Virus record (IMG/VR): IMGVR_UViG_3300017761_003320
Location: 91,202 to 155,201 of that record
DNA: 64,000 bases
Reading direction: 5' to 3' (one strand)
Source of the DNA: a virus
Made by a program: the position numbers and the translations under genes. Shown in pieces: positions 1 to 9,605 of the stretch (its first letter is position 1; each line of letters starts with the position of its first letter). The notes beneath the pieces were generated by a model, which saw only the letters and a list, made by a program, of their open reading frames with translations, was not told where the DNA came from and made no database searches.

Positions 1-1198
1 ATGGTGCAGCAGGTCTAGATGCAACAGCCCCACGACTAGCTAATTTGTTTTCTAAATCATCTATCGTTATAAATCCGTCATTATTTACATCTAATATTGG
101 ATTTAATGAATAATAATTTTCCCCACGTTGTGTCAATACCCCATCACCGCGCGAGATTGCTGATGCAACTCTACCAGGTAAAAATACATGTGCATAAATC
201 ATACCTGCGCTTGCACCTGAGGGTAGACCAGTCATTCTAAAATAACTCTCAACCAGTTGAAGTTGCTGCACAGCATCCATTTCTCTTATTGCAGCAGTAG
301 TCGTACCTAATCTTCGCGCCGTACCTTCAGTAAATTGAATAAGGCCAGTTGCAGTTTGTCCAGGTAATGTATTACGTGCAGTAGTTCTGACTCCACTCTC
401 AACTCTCATAACAGCTAGAAGATTAGCAGGATGAATACCTAATCTATTTGATACTGCTATAAGCTCTGCTTGGAATCTCGGATCACCTTCTACATTTCCT
501 GTTGGGCCCATCTCTGGACGAAATCTTATATCACCCTCATTATATTCTTGAGTTTGCTGTTGACCAATACGAGGCTCTGTTTCTTCACCAAAAAGAAAAT
601 TTGATAATCCATTAAATACTGTCTCTCGTCCCTCACGATATCCTTCACGAAATGTTCCACCTTCGACAGATCGTTGAACGCCTCTATATACACCAGCGGC
701 CAGTGCAGCTAAACCTGCACCAGGTATAGTTCTTACGGCTATTCCGCGAGCAAGTCTGCGTGCTGTGCGTGCTATTTCTACGGCCGCTCTAGCTACAGAA
801 ATCGTGGCTCTAGCAATTAATGATGTTATTGCTTGTAAAATACCACTTGAATTTATATCTTCATTTTGTCTTGTATCTTCAATTTCTTCTTGTCTTTCAA
901 ATTGACGAGATTCTAATCTATCTTCTTCCTCTATTCGCTCTATTCTATCGACTATTGCACGTTGTTTGTCTTTTTCATCATTTATGCGGCGCAAAGTCTG
1001 AACCATTTCCCTAATGGATTCGCGAGATTTGATAAATGTTGATCCTATAGAACCACTAACAGTGTACATCATATTTGTGGCAGGACGCGATGGTCCAATC
1101 CTTAGCAAAGAAGCAAATGGCAATAAAGCCAAACTTGTCTCTCTAGCACCAGGACCAGTAAGATTATATCTTTCTGTCGCATCAGCCAATGTGGCCAT
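1..1198 (-). CDS. Tape-measure/baseplate-hub-like protein with lytic transglycosylase (SLT) domain; partial, runs off the window's left edge
   Basis: Not in the ORF track; translated by hand from ATG 1198 (MATLADATERY...). Has a charged coiled segment, a hydrophobic IPGAGLAALAAGVY stretch, SLT motifs AVMRVESG...ATGLIQF, and an EF-hand-like LDVNNDGFITIDDL. Directly follows gp26/gp51. Confidence 0.65.
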   Translation of the reverse strand, partial: MATLADATERYNLTGPGARETSLALLPFASLLRIGPSRPATNMMYTVSGSIGSTFIKSRESIREMVQTLRRINDEKDKQRAIVDRIERIEEEDRLESRQFERQEEIEDTRQNEDINSSGILQAITSLIARATISVARAAVEIARTARRLARGIAVRTIPGAGLAALAAGVYRGVQRSVEGGTFREGYREGRETVFNGLSNFLFGEETEPRIGQQQTQEYNEGDIRFRPEMGPTGNVEGDPRFQAELIAVSNRLGIHPANLLAVMRVESGVRTTARNTLPGQTATGLIQFTEGTARRLGTTTAAIREMDAVQQLQLVESYFRMTGLPSGASAGMIYAHVFLPGRVASAISRGDGVLTQRGENYYSLNPILDVNNDGFITIDDLENKLASRGAVASRPAAP

Positions 1199-1199
1199 A

Positions 1200-1379
1200 T
1201 TACTGAGCGTTCCTCTTTGCTTCTTCTTTTTCTATAAAATCTAGCAGAAGTTTAACGTATATTTCCCTCTCCCAAGGTATCATATTTTCTATCTCATACA
1301 AACTATACTTGTGATGTTGCATAAGCGAAAAATTCAATGAATAATAATTTCCAAGATTATTGTGAGAGAGGGCTATCAA
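1200..1379 (-). CDS. gp51: gp51-like baseplate hub assembly protein (59 aa from TTG; possibly expressed as a -1 frameshift fusion to gp26)
   Basis: Hand translation LIALSHNNLGNYYSLNFSLMQHHKYSLYEIENMIPWEREIYVKLLLDFIEKEEAKRNAQ*. The MQHHKYSL..IENMIPWER.IY signature is typical of gp51 in cyanophage-type T4-likes. Confidence 0.85.
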   Translation of the reverse strand: MIALSHNNLGNYYSLNFSLMQHHKYSLYEIENMIPWEREIYVKLLLDFIEKEEAKRNAQ

Positions 1380-2089
1380 AAAAAATCTGCTAGACCTTTT
1401 AGCTTTACAGTATCAACTTGTCCACAACCAGAACACTTATAAGTTATTTCATGCTCCAATATTGGCATTGTATCAAAAAATTTCATTATATCTGCAAATT
1501 GCATATTGCTAAGAGAACCAATAAATTCTTTCACCTCATCTAAGCTTTCTGGCTCATATACTTCTTCATCATCAAAAACGCATTCAAAGCATTTTGATAT
1601 TAAATCTGTTTCATCAACTTCAGGCTGTAACATATCTCCCACTTCTTTCATAGTGGGATATTTCATTCTAACAGTAAGCTTATCATTCAATTTTATATCT
1701 TTTGAATGCTCAGGATCAAACTTGACTTCAATGGCATCAAGGTCAATCTCGACTGTTGTTATTGCATCACAGCTTTCGCCTTTATAATTTACACCATCAA
1801 CATGTCGATATCTAAGAGTTGCTTTTTCGCTAACTGATTTTGACCTGACTTTAAGAAACAAATATTCAAGATCGAAAGAAGGTAGCTTGGTTATATTGAC
1901 ATCTTCCGTTAAAATGCAAGCTGATAGTGTGTCTATCATTGCACGATACATATGATCCACATCTTTTGATTCCATAGCAATCAAAAGAGTCTTTTCTTCT
2001 TTTACAAGAAAAGGTCTAAATGTTACCTCCTTTTTTGATGACGGTATAGCCGCAGTAAAGGTCGGGGTAACTATTTTTGGTAAAGCCAT
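1376..2089 (-). CDS. gp26: Baseplate hub assembly protein gp26-like
   Basis: MALPKI.TP..., FRPFLVKEEK.LL.A, FDLEYLFLKVRSKSV, a C-terminal CxxC and the GLADFF ending typical of this family. Confidence 0.85.
   Translation of the reverse strand: MALPKIVTPTFTAAIPSSKKEVTFRPFLVKEEKTLLIAMESKDVDHMYRAMIDTLSACILTEDVNITKLPSFDLEYLFLKVRSKSVSEKATLRYRHVDGVNYKGESCDAITTVEIDLDAIEVKFDPEHSKDIKLNDKLTVRMKYPTMKEVGDMLQPEVDETDLISKCFECVFDDEEVYEPESLDEVKEFIGSLSNMQFADIMKFFDTMPILEHEITYKCSGCGQVDTVKLKGLADFF
1378..1385 (-). other. Candidate -1 ribosomal frameshift slippery site (T TTT TTT)
   Basis: Minus strand reads GCA GAT TTT TTT TGA, with a run of 8 T. The -1 frame continues TTG ATA GCC... into gp51. Confidence 0.6.
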
Positions 2090-2101
2090 AATATTCTCCT
2101 A

Positions 2102-2995
2102 TCAAGCAAATGGTAATCTAAATTGTCTAATGCCTTGTGTAACAGCATCAAGTATACCGCTAGTTCCACCCAAGACACCTGTATTGGTAAGTATGGATAT
2201 AGCAGGTGCAAATCCTGCCAAGAAATCTGAACGTCTGATGAAATCTTCTGCAACATATAGAGATTTTAGTGCAGCTGCCTTTGGGTGTTCTTCAGTCGCA
2301 ATGAAATATTCCATTTGCACGGTCAGTTTTGATACTTGATCACCAGCAGACCAATCAAGTTCAACATCACCAATATTCAAAGGAAATGCTTCTTGAAGAT
2401 TGACCCTATATTGTGGTTTAACTGATTGTGTTGATCCAAATATATTCACATTAAATGGATCTATGACATCTGCGGTATTTGTAAAAATAGTACCTAAATC
2501 ACCGAGCGCAAGAGCTTCGCCTACAGAAGTAGCGGCCTCTGATTGGAATTGTGGTGTTTCAGGAAATTGAAGTATGTCGACAGATCCTATGATTTCATCA
2601 TAAAATGTTGAGTCAAATATACCAACACCCCGTGATCTGCTGCCGCCGCGACGGTATCCCGCACGGCCACCTGATGATGTTGCAAGATCCTGCCAAGCCA
2701 TTAGCACTTCACGTTCAATCATATTGTCACTTAAAATTATGCGTAATTGCATTGGTTGTTGCATAAACCGATATGGTATATTTCTAACTGGACCATGATA
2801 TGACTGTTCTATTGTCATCAATGAACGACTAGGCAATGAAGCATGTTCTATTCTAAGAGGCAAAAATGAAGTATCAAAAAACCCACGAAGCGCAGGTGGC
2901 ATATTCAATAATACAGAAAAATATGAGGGTTTTGCGGTACCACGTTTTCCAATTTCGGCAGAAAATTCTGATACATTAAAACGTCTATTACCCAT
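2102..2995 (-). CDS. Tail-tube-fold baseplate protein (gp54/gp19-like tube initiator)
   Basis: Start MGNRRFNVSEF resembles the gp19 N-terminus in this window (MAFNVSEF). Also ASLPSRSL, YHGPVRNIPY and EAFPLNIGDVELDW tube-family motifs. Confidence 0.7.
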   Translation of the reverse strand: MGNRRFNVSEFSAEIGKRGTAKPSYFSVLLNMPPALRGFFDTSFLPLRIEHASLPSRSLMTIEQSYHGPVRNIPYRFMQQPMQLRIILSDNMIEREVLMAWQDLATSSGGRAGYRRGGSRSRGVGIFDSTFYDEIIGSVDILQFPETPQFQSEAATSVGEALALGDLGTIFTNTADVIDPFNVNIFGSTQSVKPQYRVNLQEAFPLNIGDVELDWSAGDQVSKLTVQMEYFIATEEHPKAAALKSLYVAEDFIRRSDFLAGFAPAISILTNTGVLGGTSGILDAVTQGIRQFRLPFA

Positions 2996-3005
2996 GGGAC
3001 TGCCT

Positions 3006-3626
3006 TTATAATTTGTTATAAGAATCGCGATAGACAGTTTCTCTACTTGCGCCTGCAAATCTATCAAGCGGCATAAAGAGAGCAATGTCCCATGATTTTG
3101 GATCTATACGAAAATATCTAGTTTTGACATGTGAGAATAGATATTGCTTTATACAAGGTTTGAACATATGATATTTGGTGACAGATTTTAACAGCTTATA
3201 TGAAATCTGCATATGAGTTCTATCATCATAATTTTCATCACTTATGACAGTATATAAAGCATCCATCAGTCGTGCACGTAGTCGTAATGGTAGATAATGC
3301 ATATTCAATCCCATAAACCCAGGTTGGGTTGATGTTCCTGCTGCACGGCCACCAAGTCTTGTCGTATCAAATGGTATCACTAAGGGATATCTGTCATAAT
3401 ATGGTAAATCTGCTTTGGTCTTTGGGTCATAAGCAAACAAATACATCTGACCTATCATAGGCACACTTACCATGGCACTACGATCTTCACCCATTAATGC
3501 ATTAGGGCTAACACCAACCTTACTGGCCTGAGCGCGAAACCACGTTCTAGACTGTTGGGTTTTGTTAGGTATCATACCTTGTCTCTCACCTTGGGTGAGG
3601 ATGCTATCAAAGGTATATGCCACCAT
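3006..3626 (-). CDS. gp2: DNA end protector protein
   Basis: GQMYLFAYDPKTK..LPYYDRYPLV, GLNMHYLP...R, KPCIKQYL..HV motifs. Start taken at MVAYTF. Confidence 0.9.
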   Translation of the reverse strand: MVAYTFDSILTQGERQGMIPNKTQQSRTWFRAQASKVGVSPNALMGEDRSAMVSVPMIGQMYLFAYDPKTKADLPYYDRYPLVIPFDTTRLGGRAAGTSTQPGFMGLNMHYLPLRLRARLMDALYTVISDENYDDRTHMQISYKLLKSVTKYHMFKPCIKQYLFSHVKTRYFRIDPKSWDIALFMPLDRFAGASRETVYRDSYNKL

Positions 3627-4072
3627 TATTTTCGACCTAAATCCTTCTCTGTTATAATAACAAATTCCCAATTGCGATCAGCACAATATTCTCGGGCAGC
3701 TTTCCACTTCGCAGTATTTATCCCATATTTGGCAACCTCAGTCAAATACTTTCTTGTTGGTTTTCGTGATGTATCATGAGGTATTGGTTGTTGTGTCTGC
3801 ATAAACGGTTTTACTTCAATCATCTTGATTGCTATTTTGCCAGTTCTATCTTTCATTTTTATGATAAAATCTGGAAAATATCTATGCCACTTACCATCAA
3901 TTGGTGATTTGTAAGGAACTATGACTTCTTCCGAGGCCCATTCTATAACCGAATCATTTTGATCAAATTCGATCATGATCCTTCGCTCCCATAATGAGCG
4001 ATAAATTATATTCGTTGGATCTCCCTTATATTTTGAGGGATTGATGGGTTGATATTTGCCTTTGTATGCCAT
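3626..4072 (-). CDS. gp4: Head completion nuclease
   Basis: MAYKGKY.P.NPSKYKGDPTNIIYRSLWER, WASEE..VPY, HRYFPDF, IEVKP, N.AKWKAA. Confidence 0.92.
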   Translation of the reverse strand: MAYKGKYQPINPSKYKGDPTNIIYRSLWERRIMIEFDQNDSVIEWASEEVIVPYKSPIDGKWHRYFPDFIIKMKDRTGKIAIKMIEVKPFMQTQQPIPHDTSRKPTRKYLTEVAKYGINTAKWKAAREYCADRNWEFVIITEKDLGRK

Positions 4073-4088
4073 ATTTCTATCTAGGCGC

Positions 4089-4096
4089 AATAAATA
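4089..4096 (+). promoter_or_regulatory. T4-type late promoter (AATAAATA)
   Basis: One mismatch to the gp55 consensus TATAAATA; intergenic, upstream of gp48. Confidence 0.6.
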
Positions 4097-4123
4097 TTAC
4101 ATATTTTAAGAGGACTATAATTA

Positions 4124-5236
4124 ATGGCATTTCCTGGGGAAACACCTACAGCTGAATTACAACAATTTCAGGGAATGAGACCTGCGCCACCAGCACGTCG
4201 CGCGCAATCACTTTATTTTCCAAATGATTATAGAAATATTGATCATTGTGTAACATTTCAAGTTAAAAAATTTGAACGTGTCACAAGAACATCAGCTTTA
4301 GCAAATGATCAAACACTTGTAAATCCTAATAGAAATACAAATGCATCTAGACTTTTGACAACTATAACTCTACCCATGCCAAGCATATTTAATACTGAAT
4401 ATGGTGTAGAATATGATGACGCTAAACAAATATCATCGGTAGGTGAACTTGCTGCAACTATGGCATCAATGGCCAGAGGTGGTAATTCGGAGGCGGCCGC
4501 CCGATCTCTTGGTCAAGCATTATCACAAATATATGGTGCTGGTGCCGCGGCAGGTGGCATTGGTTCTGCCGCTCAAAATGCTGGTAATGTAATATTGAGA
4601 CAAATACAAGGTGCCACGCAAACATTAACTCCAGGCGTAGCTGGAGCTGTAGGATTAAGTGCTGCTGCTGGTTTAGCTACTAATGCATCAACATCAGCAC
4701 AAGCAGTAATTGCAAATTTTCTTGGTGTAGCACGAAATCCTCATAAGGTAGTTTTATTTCAGGGTGTCAATTTTCGTAGGCATGTATTTTCATATAAACT
4801 ATCACCTAAAAATATTAATGAAGCTCGATCAATATATAAAATTATAAAAGCATTTAAATATCATATGTCACCAAGCTATGGATTGGGTGAAACTCCTACG
4901 GCCGCACGAGGACTTTTGGCAGGATTAGGATTTGAAGAAGCTGGTGAAACAACTGGTAATATAACATCTGAGGCAGGATCCATATCACGAGCATTTTTTG
5001 AATATCCTGAAGTATTTGATATAAAATTTCAAGGTAGTGCCAGAAATAATTTATTCACTATAGGTGAATCTGTATTAAAAGGGTTTACTGTAAATTACCA
5101 TCCTATGGCATACCCGGCTTATGTAAGGTCTCTAAATTCGCCAAATGTTTCTTCTCCCGCTGAAGTTGAGATAAGTCTTACATTCCAAGAGACCGATATA
5201 GTTACAAAAGAACAAATACAACAATTTGATAGGTAA
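4124..5236 (+). CDS. gp48: Baseplate tail-tube cap
   Basis: ITLPMP, NPH..VLFQGVNFRRHVFSYKLSPKN..E...I..II..FK, FFEYPEVFDI, SLTFQE; upstream of gp53. Confidence 0.85.
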   Translation: MAFPGETPTAELQQFQGMRPAPPARRAQSLYFPNDYRNIDHCVTFQVKKFERVTRTSALANDQTLVNPNRNTNASRLLTTITLPMPSIFNTEYGVEYDDAKQISSVGELAATMASMARGGNSEAAARSLGQALSQIYGAGAAAGGIGSAAQNAGNVILRQIQGATQTLTPGVAGAVGLSAAAGLATNASTSAQAVIANFLGVARNPHKVVLFQGVNFRRHVFSYKLSPKNINEARSIYKIIKAFKYHMSPSYGLGETPTAARGLLAGLGFEEAGETTGNITSEAGSISRAFFEYPEVFDIKFQGSARNNLFTIGESVLKGFTVNYHPMAYPAYVRSLNSPNVSSPAEVEISLTFQETDIVTKEQIQQFDR

Positions 5237-5239
5237 ACC

Positions 5240-5818
5240 ATGCCTCATTATTTCTCAGCTTTTCCGACAATTAATTATGCTTTACCTAGTCTTAACAAGA
5301 CTAATACGGTCACCGATATCACAAGAAGATTTGTGATCAGAGATTTTTATAAGAAAAACTTATTTTCATTTTTTAAATATGATATTACTGATGGTAATCG
5401 ACCTGATAGTGTTGCTTATGAGTTATATGGCGATTCTACTTTAGATTGGCTAATATTATTACCAAATGAAATAATTGACCCATATTTTCAATGGCCTTTA
5501 GATCAAAATCGATTTAATGAATTTATTAGAAAAAAATATGGTAGTGTATCTACAGCGATGGGCACTATACATCATTATGAACAAATAATACAAAATAGAT
5601 TAGAGACTGTAAATTCAGACGGTGAAAAGATTTTTGTGCCTGAACGTACTCTTCAGGTAGATCAAACAACATACTTATCACTTTCTGCCAATGCTAAAAA
5701 AGAAATCACTGCATATGATTATGAATTAGCTAAAAATGAAAGAAATAGAACAATATCTGTAATTGATATCGTATATGTACCTAGTATAGTGGATAGATTT
5801 AGGAATCTGTACATATGA
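5240..5818 (+). CDS. gp53: Baseplate wedge protein
   Basis: YFSAFP.I.Y, RPDSVAYELYGDSTLDWLILL.N.I.DPY..WP, IHHYE, AYDYE...NE..R.I. Confidence 0.9.
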   Translation: MPHYFSAFPTINYALPSLNKTNTVTDITRRFVIRDFYKKNLFSFFKYDITDGNRPDSVAYELYGDSTLDWLILLPNEIIDPYFQWPLDQNRFNEFIRKKYGSVSTAMGTIHHYEQIIQNRLETVNSDGEKIFVPERTLQVDQTTYLSLSANAKKEITAYDYELAKNERNRTISVIDIVYVPSIVDRFRNLYI

Positions 5819-7131
5819 CAACGCCTCAACAGGCATCTGGTTCAGGTTTAATACAAGCTTTAACTATAAGATCGGCCACTCAACAGCAATCGCAAATAGA
5901 TTTCAGACAAATCGCATCTGAAATTAGCTATTATGAATCTATTGACGCACCTGGTTTTACTTTAACTGCAACTCTGCTAGACGGAGCAGGATTTAGAACT
6001 GCTGTACCTTTAACTGGGGGTGAAGAAGTATTCTTTTCATTTTCAGATAGCGAACAAAATTCACCCAGAATATCTGGGTCGGCGATAGTATCAAAATTAG
6101 TAGATAAGGTTAGAGCAAAAGAAAGTTTAGATTCTTATTCTTTGTTTTTGTATCCAAAAGAACTCATGTTGCATAATTATGAAATTGTGGATACTTCATT
6201 TAAATCTCGTAAAATAGAAGATATAGCAAAAACTATAGTTCAAAATCATATTACTCCAATAAACGGTAGAACTTTAACAACAGTAGAACCTACTTTGGGT
6301 CAATTTACAACTATTTTTCCTAGAATTAGTCCATTTACAGCATTGAATTATTTGGCCGGAGAAGCTCAATCGGCTGACACAAAAAGTTCATCCAGATATT
6401 TTTTCTTTGATACCAACAAAGGATATGTGTTTGCTTCATTGCAATATTTGATGAAGCAACAGATTAAAAGAAAATTTACTTTGATAGAAGAACGTATTCC
6501 AGGTGATAGTCAATATGAAAGAAACCGCATAGTATCGATGGAAGAAAGAGTTGCATTTGACTTGGGGGAAGGTGTAGCATCTGGTCAATTAGGAACTCAA
6601 ATTTTATCATTAGATCCAGTAGCAAAAAGATTTAGATCGACACAATATCTTTATAATAGAGATTATTCATCAATTGATCATATATCTCAGGAAAGAAGAC
6701 TTACTGCAAGAGTTGCCCAACAATTTGGTACAAGATTTTCTAGAGAAGCTTTTATAGTTACTAATTCTCATCAATCAACTTTACCATATGTTACTGAACG
6801 AGAATCTTCAATACAGCAAAGTTATAGAAGACGTCAAGATTTTCTAGGAGTTGAAACTGCTGCGACTGCGGATATTTCATCAAATATAACGGTGATAACA
6901 GTTCACGGCGATTCAACCTTACATGCAGGTGATACTATAGAAATTATGGTTCCTATTACAGGAGATAGAACAATAAGAGACCGTGCAATGGATAATCTTG
7001 CAAGCGGTAAATACTTAGTTACAGCTGTGGCCCATCGCATTACTACAGGGGGTTTAACATATGTAACTGTTCTTGAATGTGTGAAAGATGCATTTATAAA
7101 GCGTGTAGAAAATATAGTAAGGGATAGTTAA
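5815..7131 (+). CDS. Baseplate hub protein (gp27-like)
   Basis: Lies between gp53 and gp5. YESID, YFFFDT..GYVFASL, VHGDSTLHAGDTIEI, SGKYLVTAVAHRI are typical of hub/gpD-like proteins. Confidence 0.6.
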   Translation: MTTPQQASGSGLIQALTIRSATQQQSQIDFRQIASEISYYESIDAPGFTLTATLLDGAGFRTAVPLTGGEEVFFSFSDSEQNSPRISGSAIVSKLVDKVRAKESLDSYSLFLYPKELMLHNYEIVDTSFKSRKIEDIAKTIVQNHITPINGRTLTTVEPTLGQFTTIFPRISPFTALNYLAGEAQSADTKSSSRYFFFDTNKGYVFASLQYLMKQQIKRKFTLIEERIPGDSQYERNRIVSMEERVAFDLGEGVASGQLGTQILSLDPVAKRFRSTQYLYNRDYSSIDHISQERRLTARVAQQFGTRFSREAFIVTNSHQSTLPYVTERESSIQQSYRRRQDFLGVETAATADISSNITVITVHGDSTLHAGDTIEIMVPITGDRTIRDRAMDNLASGKYLVTAVAHRITTGGLTYVTVLECVKDAFIKRVENIVRDS

Positions 7132-7132
7132 T

Positions 7133-8374
7133 ATGCCGATTCGTTCACCTGAGTGGATGGGAAACAACGGGTTTGTATGGTTTGTCGGAATCGTCGAAGA
7201 TAGATTTGACCCTCTTGGTATAGGTCGAGTTCGTGTTAGATGTTTTGGTTGGCACACCGAAAATAAAGAATCACTACCTACATCATCTCTGCCATGGGCT
7301 CAGGTTTTGATGCCAGCAAATTCGGCATCTATTAGTGGTGTCGGTTCATCACCAACAGGTTTAGCTGAAGGTAGCTGGGTTGTTGGATTTTTTATGGATG
7401 GTAGTACTGCTCAGACACCTATGGTATTAGGATCATTTCACGGTGTTCCTGGTGATGCTGGTAATTCTTCGCAAGGATTTGGTGACCCATACGGAACATA
7501 TCCTCTTGCTAAAGGTATACCTGATACATCTATGCTATCAATAGGTAATGATGCATATTTGGAGCATCCTAATACTAAAGATCGTATATCCACCAGAGTT
7601 ACAGATGTGCCTGAGGCCGCAATACGTAAAGCATCATCTGTAGCCTTTGATGATACAGATGATACTACATATGAAACCCCAACTTGGAATCAACCTGAAT
7701 TACAGGGTCTTACTACACCACCATCATATCCTTTTAATCATGTTCGCACCACTGAATCTGGTCATACATTTGAAGTAGATGATACTGTTGGTGCTAGACG
7801 TATACATGAATATCATGCATCTGGGACTAATAGAGAAATTATAGATGATGGAACCAGAGTCACTCGAATAATTGGTGATGATTATGAAATTGTTGTTAGA
7901 GATAAAAAAGTAATTGTATTTGGATCATGTAGCGTAACTATTGCTGGTGATGCTAGATTAAGAGTTGACGGTGATTTAATTCATGAAATTTTAGGTAATT
8001 ATCATTTGAGTGTCAAAGGAGATATGATTTCTAAAATAGAAGGCAATCGTAGCACAGAAATTTTAGGATCAGAGATAACACAGATCAATACAAATGATTC
8101 AAAAACTGTTGGTGGTACAAGAAACAGAGTAGTTGGATCAACAACCATAGAAACCTATGGTGATGCCATACAAAAGACCATTGGTGGAAATGTTACAGAG
8201 ATAATCAAAGGTGACAAGCTTGTTGCAACTTCAGGCAAGACAACACATTTGGCAGGAACATCTATGGAAGTCGGCGCTGGTACAGATATGACATTAGCAG
8301 GTAAATCAACAGTGACAGTCAATTCTATAGGTCCAACCACAATCAAAGGTTCAAGAGTGGATTTAAACCCATGA
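7133..8374 (+). CDS. gp5: Baseplate central spike protein, lacking the lysozyme domain
   Basis: OB-fold WFVGIVEDRFDPL..GRVRVRCFG.H, LPWAQV, GSWVVGFF.DG; YPFNHV..TESGH.FE.DDT; beta-helix repeats ending GSRVDLN. Confidence 0.9.
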   Translation: MPIRSPEWMGNNGFVWFVGIVEDRFDPLGIGRVRVRCFGWHTENKESLPTSSLPWAQVLMPANSASISGVGSSPTGLAEGSWVVGFFMDGSTAQTPMVLGSFHGVPGDAGNSSQGFGDPYGTYPLAKGIPDTSMLSIGNDAYLEHPNTKDRISTRVTDVPEAAIRKASSVAFDDTDDTTYETPTWNQPELQGLTTPPSYPFNHVRTTESGHTFEVDDTVGARRIHEYHASGTNREIIDDGTRVTRIIGDDYEIVVRDKKVIVFGSCSVTIAGDARLRVDGDLIHEILGNYHLSVKGDMISKIEGNRSTEILGSEITQINTNDSKTVGGTRNRVVGSTTIETYGDAIQKTIGGNVTEIIKGDKLVATSGKTTHLAGTSMEVGAGTDMTLAGKSTVTVNSIGPTTIKGSRVDLNP

Positions 8375-8396
8375 TAAAAATATTAGGTATCATATC

Positions 8397-9179
8397 ATGA
8401 GCGGAACTAGAACTGCCATAGCTGTCGCAGCGACTGCTGCTGTAGCCGCTCTTGCTTTACGAGAATTGAGATCGGCAAATACTTCACCTGGAGCTACACC
8501 AAATTGTGCTGCTGGTCCTTTAGCTGAAGTGTCTCGACAATTATCTCAGGTTTCATCCGCACTTAACAATGCTGTACAATCATTGGCCTCATTACCTAGC
8601 CAAATTGAAAGTCAAGTTAATGCGGCAATCAACAGTGCTCTTAGTACTGCAATTGGTCCAGTGCGAACTCAAGCAAATGCGATTGCAAATGAATTAAATC
8701 AGCTTTTACAGTTTTTAAATGATCCCGCTAGATTTCTAGCACAGTGGATCAATATGCAAACATTATTTCCAAATTTGGATCTCCGTTCATTAGTTAATCG
8801 TCTATTATCAGGTCTTGGTGTATGCGCCGCCTCTAATTCGCCACCACCATCGACTAATTCTGCTGTTGCCGGACCTCCACCAGCCCAGCAAGCACAACCC
8901 CCACAAGCTAATTCTTCACCAAATTCATCAGTCGTTGCTCAAGGGTCAGCACTTCCTATTCCTGTAACAGTGCAACCACTATCTGGCCCACAGCCTTCTT
9001 CTGCACAGAATACATTAGGCGCACTTAGATTTCAAGAATCAGCAAGATTAGAAGTTCAAAGATATAGACTTCAATTAGAACGTTCTTTTACGTCTGATCC
9101 AACTGAAAGGCAGAGATTGCAATCCGAAATAGATGATATTCGAGACCGTTTATCATCATTAGCAGCTCCAACTAGCTAA
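8397..9179 (+). CDS. Hypothetical virion-region protein (hydrophobic N-terminus, helical region, P/Q/S-rich linker)
   Basis: 260-aa ORF between gp5 and gp25; no recognised motif. Confidence 0.6.
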   Translation: MSGTRTAIAVAATAAVAALALRELRSANTSPGATPNCAAGPLAEVSRQLSQVSSALNNAVQSLASLPSQIESQVNAAINSALSTAIGPVRTQANAIANELNQLLQFLNDPARFLAQWINMQTLFPNLDLRSLVNRLLSGLGVCAASNSPPPSTNSAVAGPPPAQQAQPPQANSSPNSSVVAQGSALPIPVTVQPLSGPQPSSAQNTLGALRFQESARLEVQRYRLQLERSFTSDPTERQRLQSEIDDIRDRLSSLAAPTS

Positions 9180-9185
9180 TAAATA
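9178..9185 (+). promoter_or_regulatory. Late promoter (AATAAATA)
   Basis: Near-consensus box ~21 nt upstream of gp25, followed by a GGAGAGG SD. Confidence 0.6.
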
Positions 9186-9206
9186 TACCATTAACGGAGA
9201 GGTTTC

Positions 9207-9605
9207 ATGGCAGGTGCAATTAAAACTCCTGTGTTTAAGGATTTTGACCTGAACATGAAGGTCCATCCTGTCACAGGTAAGCTAATAATTAGAAAAAATT
9301 CCGAATCTGTCAAGCAGGCCATAAGAAACCTTGTATTGACCGATAAAGGTGAAAGACCCTTTCGACCATTATTTGGTTCTGATATCCGATCAAGGCTATT
9401 TGATTTATATGATCCGGCAACAGAATCTAATATAACAGCTGATGTAACTTTAGCAATAGAAAATTATGAAGAACGCGCATTATTATTAGGTGTTGGGGTT
9501 GCTGGTGATCCTGATAATAATAATCTAAGGGTTAATATAACTTTTCGTACTATAAGCTCTGAAATTCCTAATACTCTTACCCTATCTCTGGAGGCCATAC
9601 GCTAA
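9207..9605 (+). CDS. gp25: Baseplate wedge subunit
   Basis: FKDFDL....HPVT, SVKQAIRNLVLT..GERPF.P.FGS, AIENYE.R. Confidence 0.92.
   Translation: MAGAIKTPVFKDFDLNMKVHPVTGKLIIRKNSESVKQAIRNLVLTDKGERPFRPLFGSDIRSRLFDLYDPATESNITADVTLAIENYEERALLLGVGVAGDPDNNNLRVNITFRTISSEIPNTLTLSLEAIR

Noticed and set aside
820-1787. Plus-strand ORFs of 64-93 aa
   Set aside because: They overlap the real minus-strand SLT, gp51 and gp26 genes.
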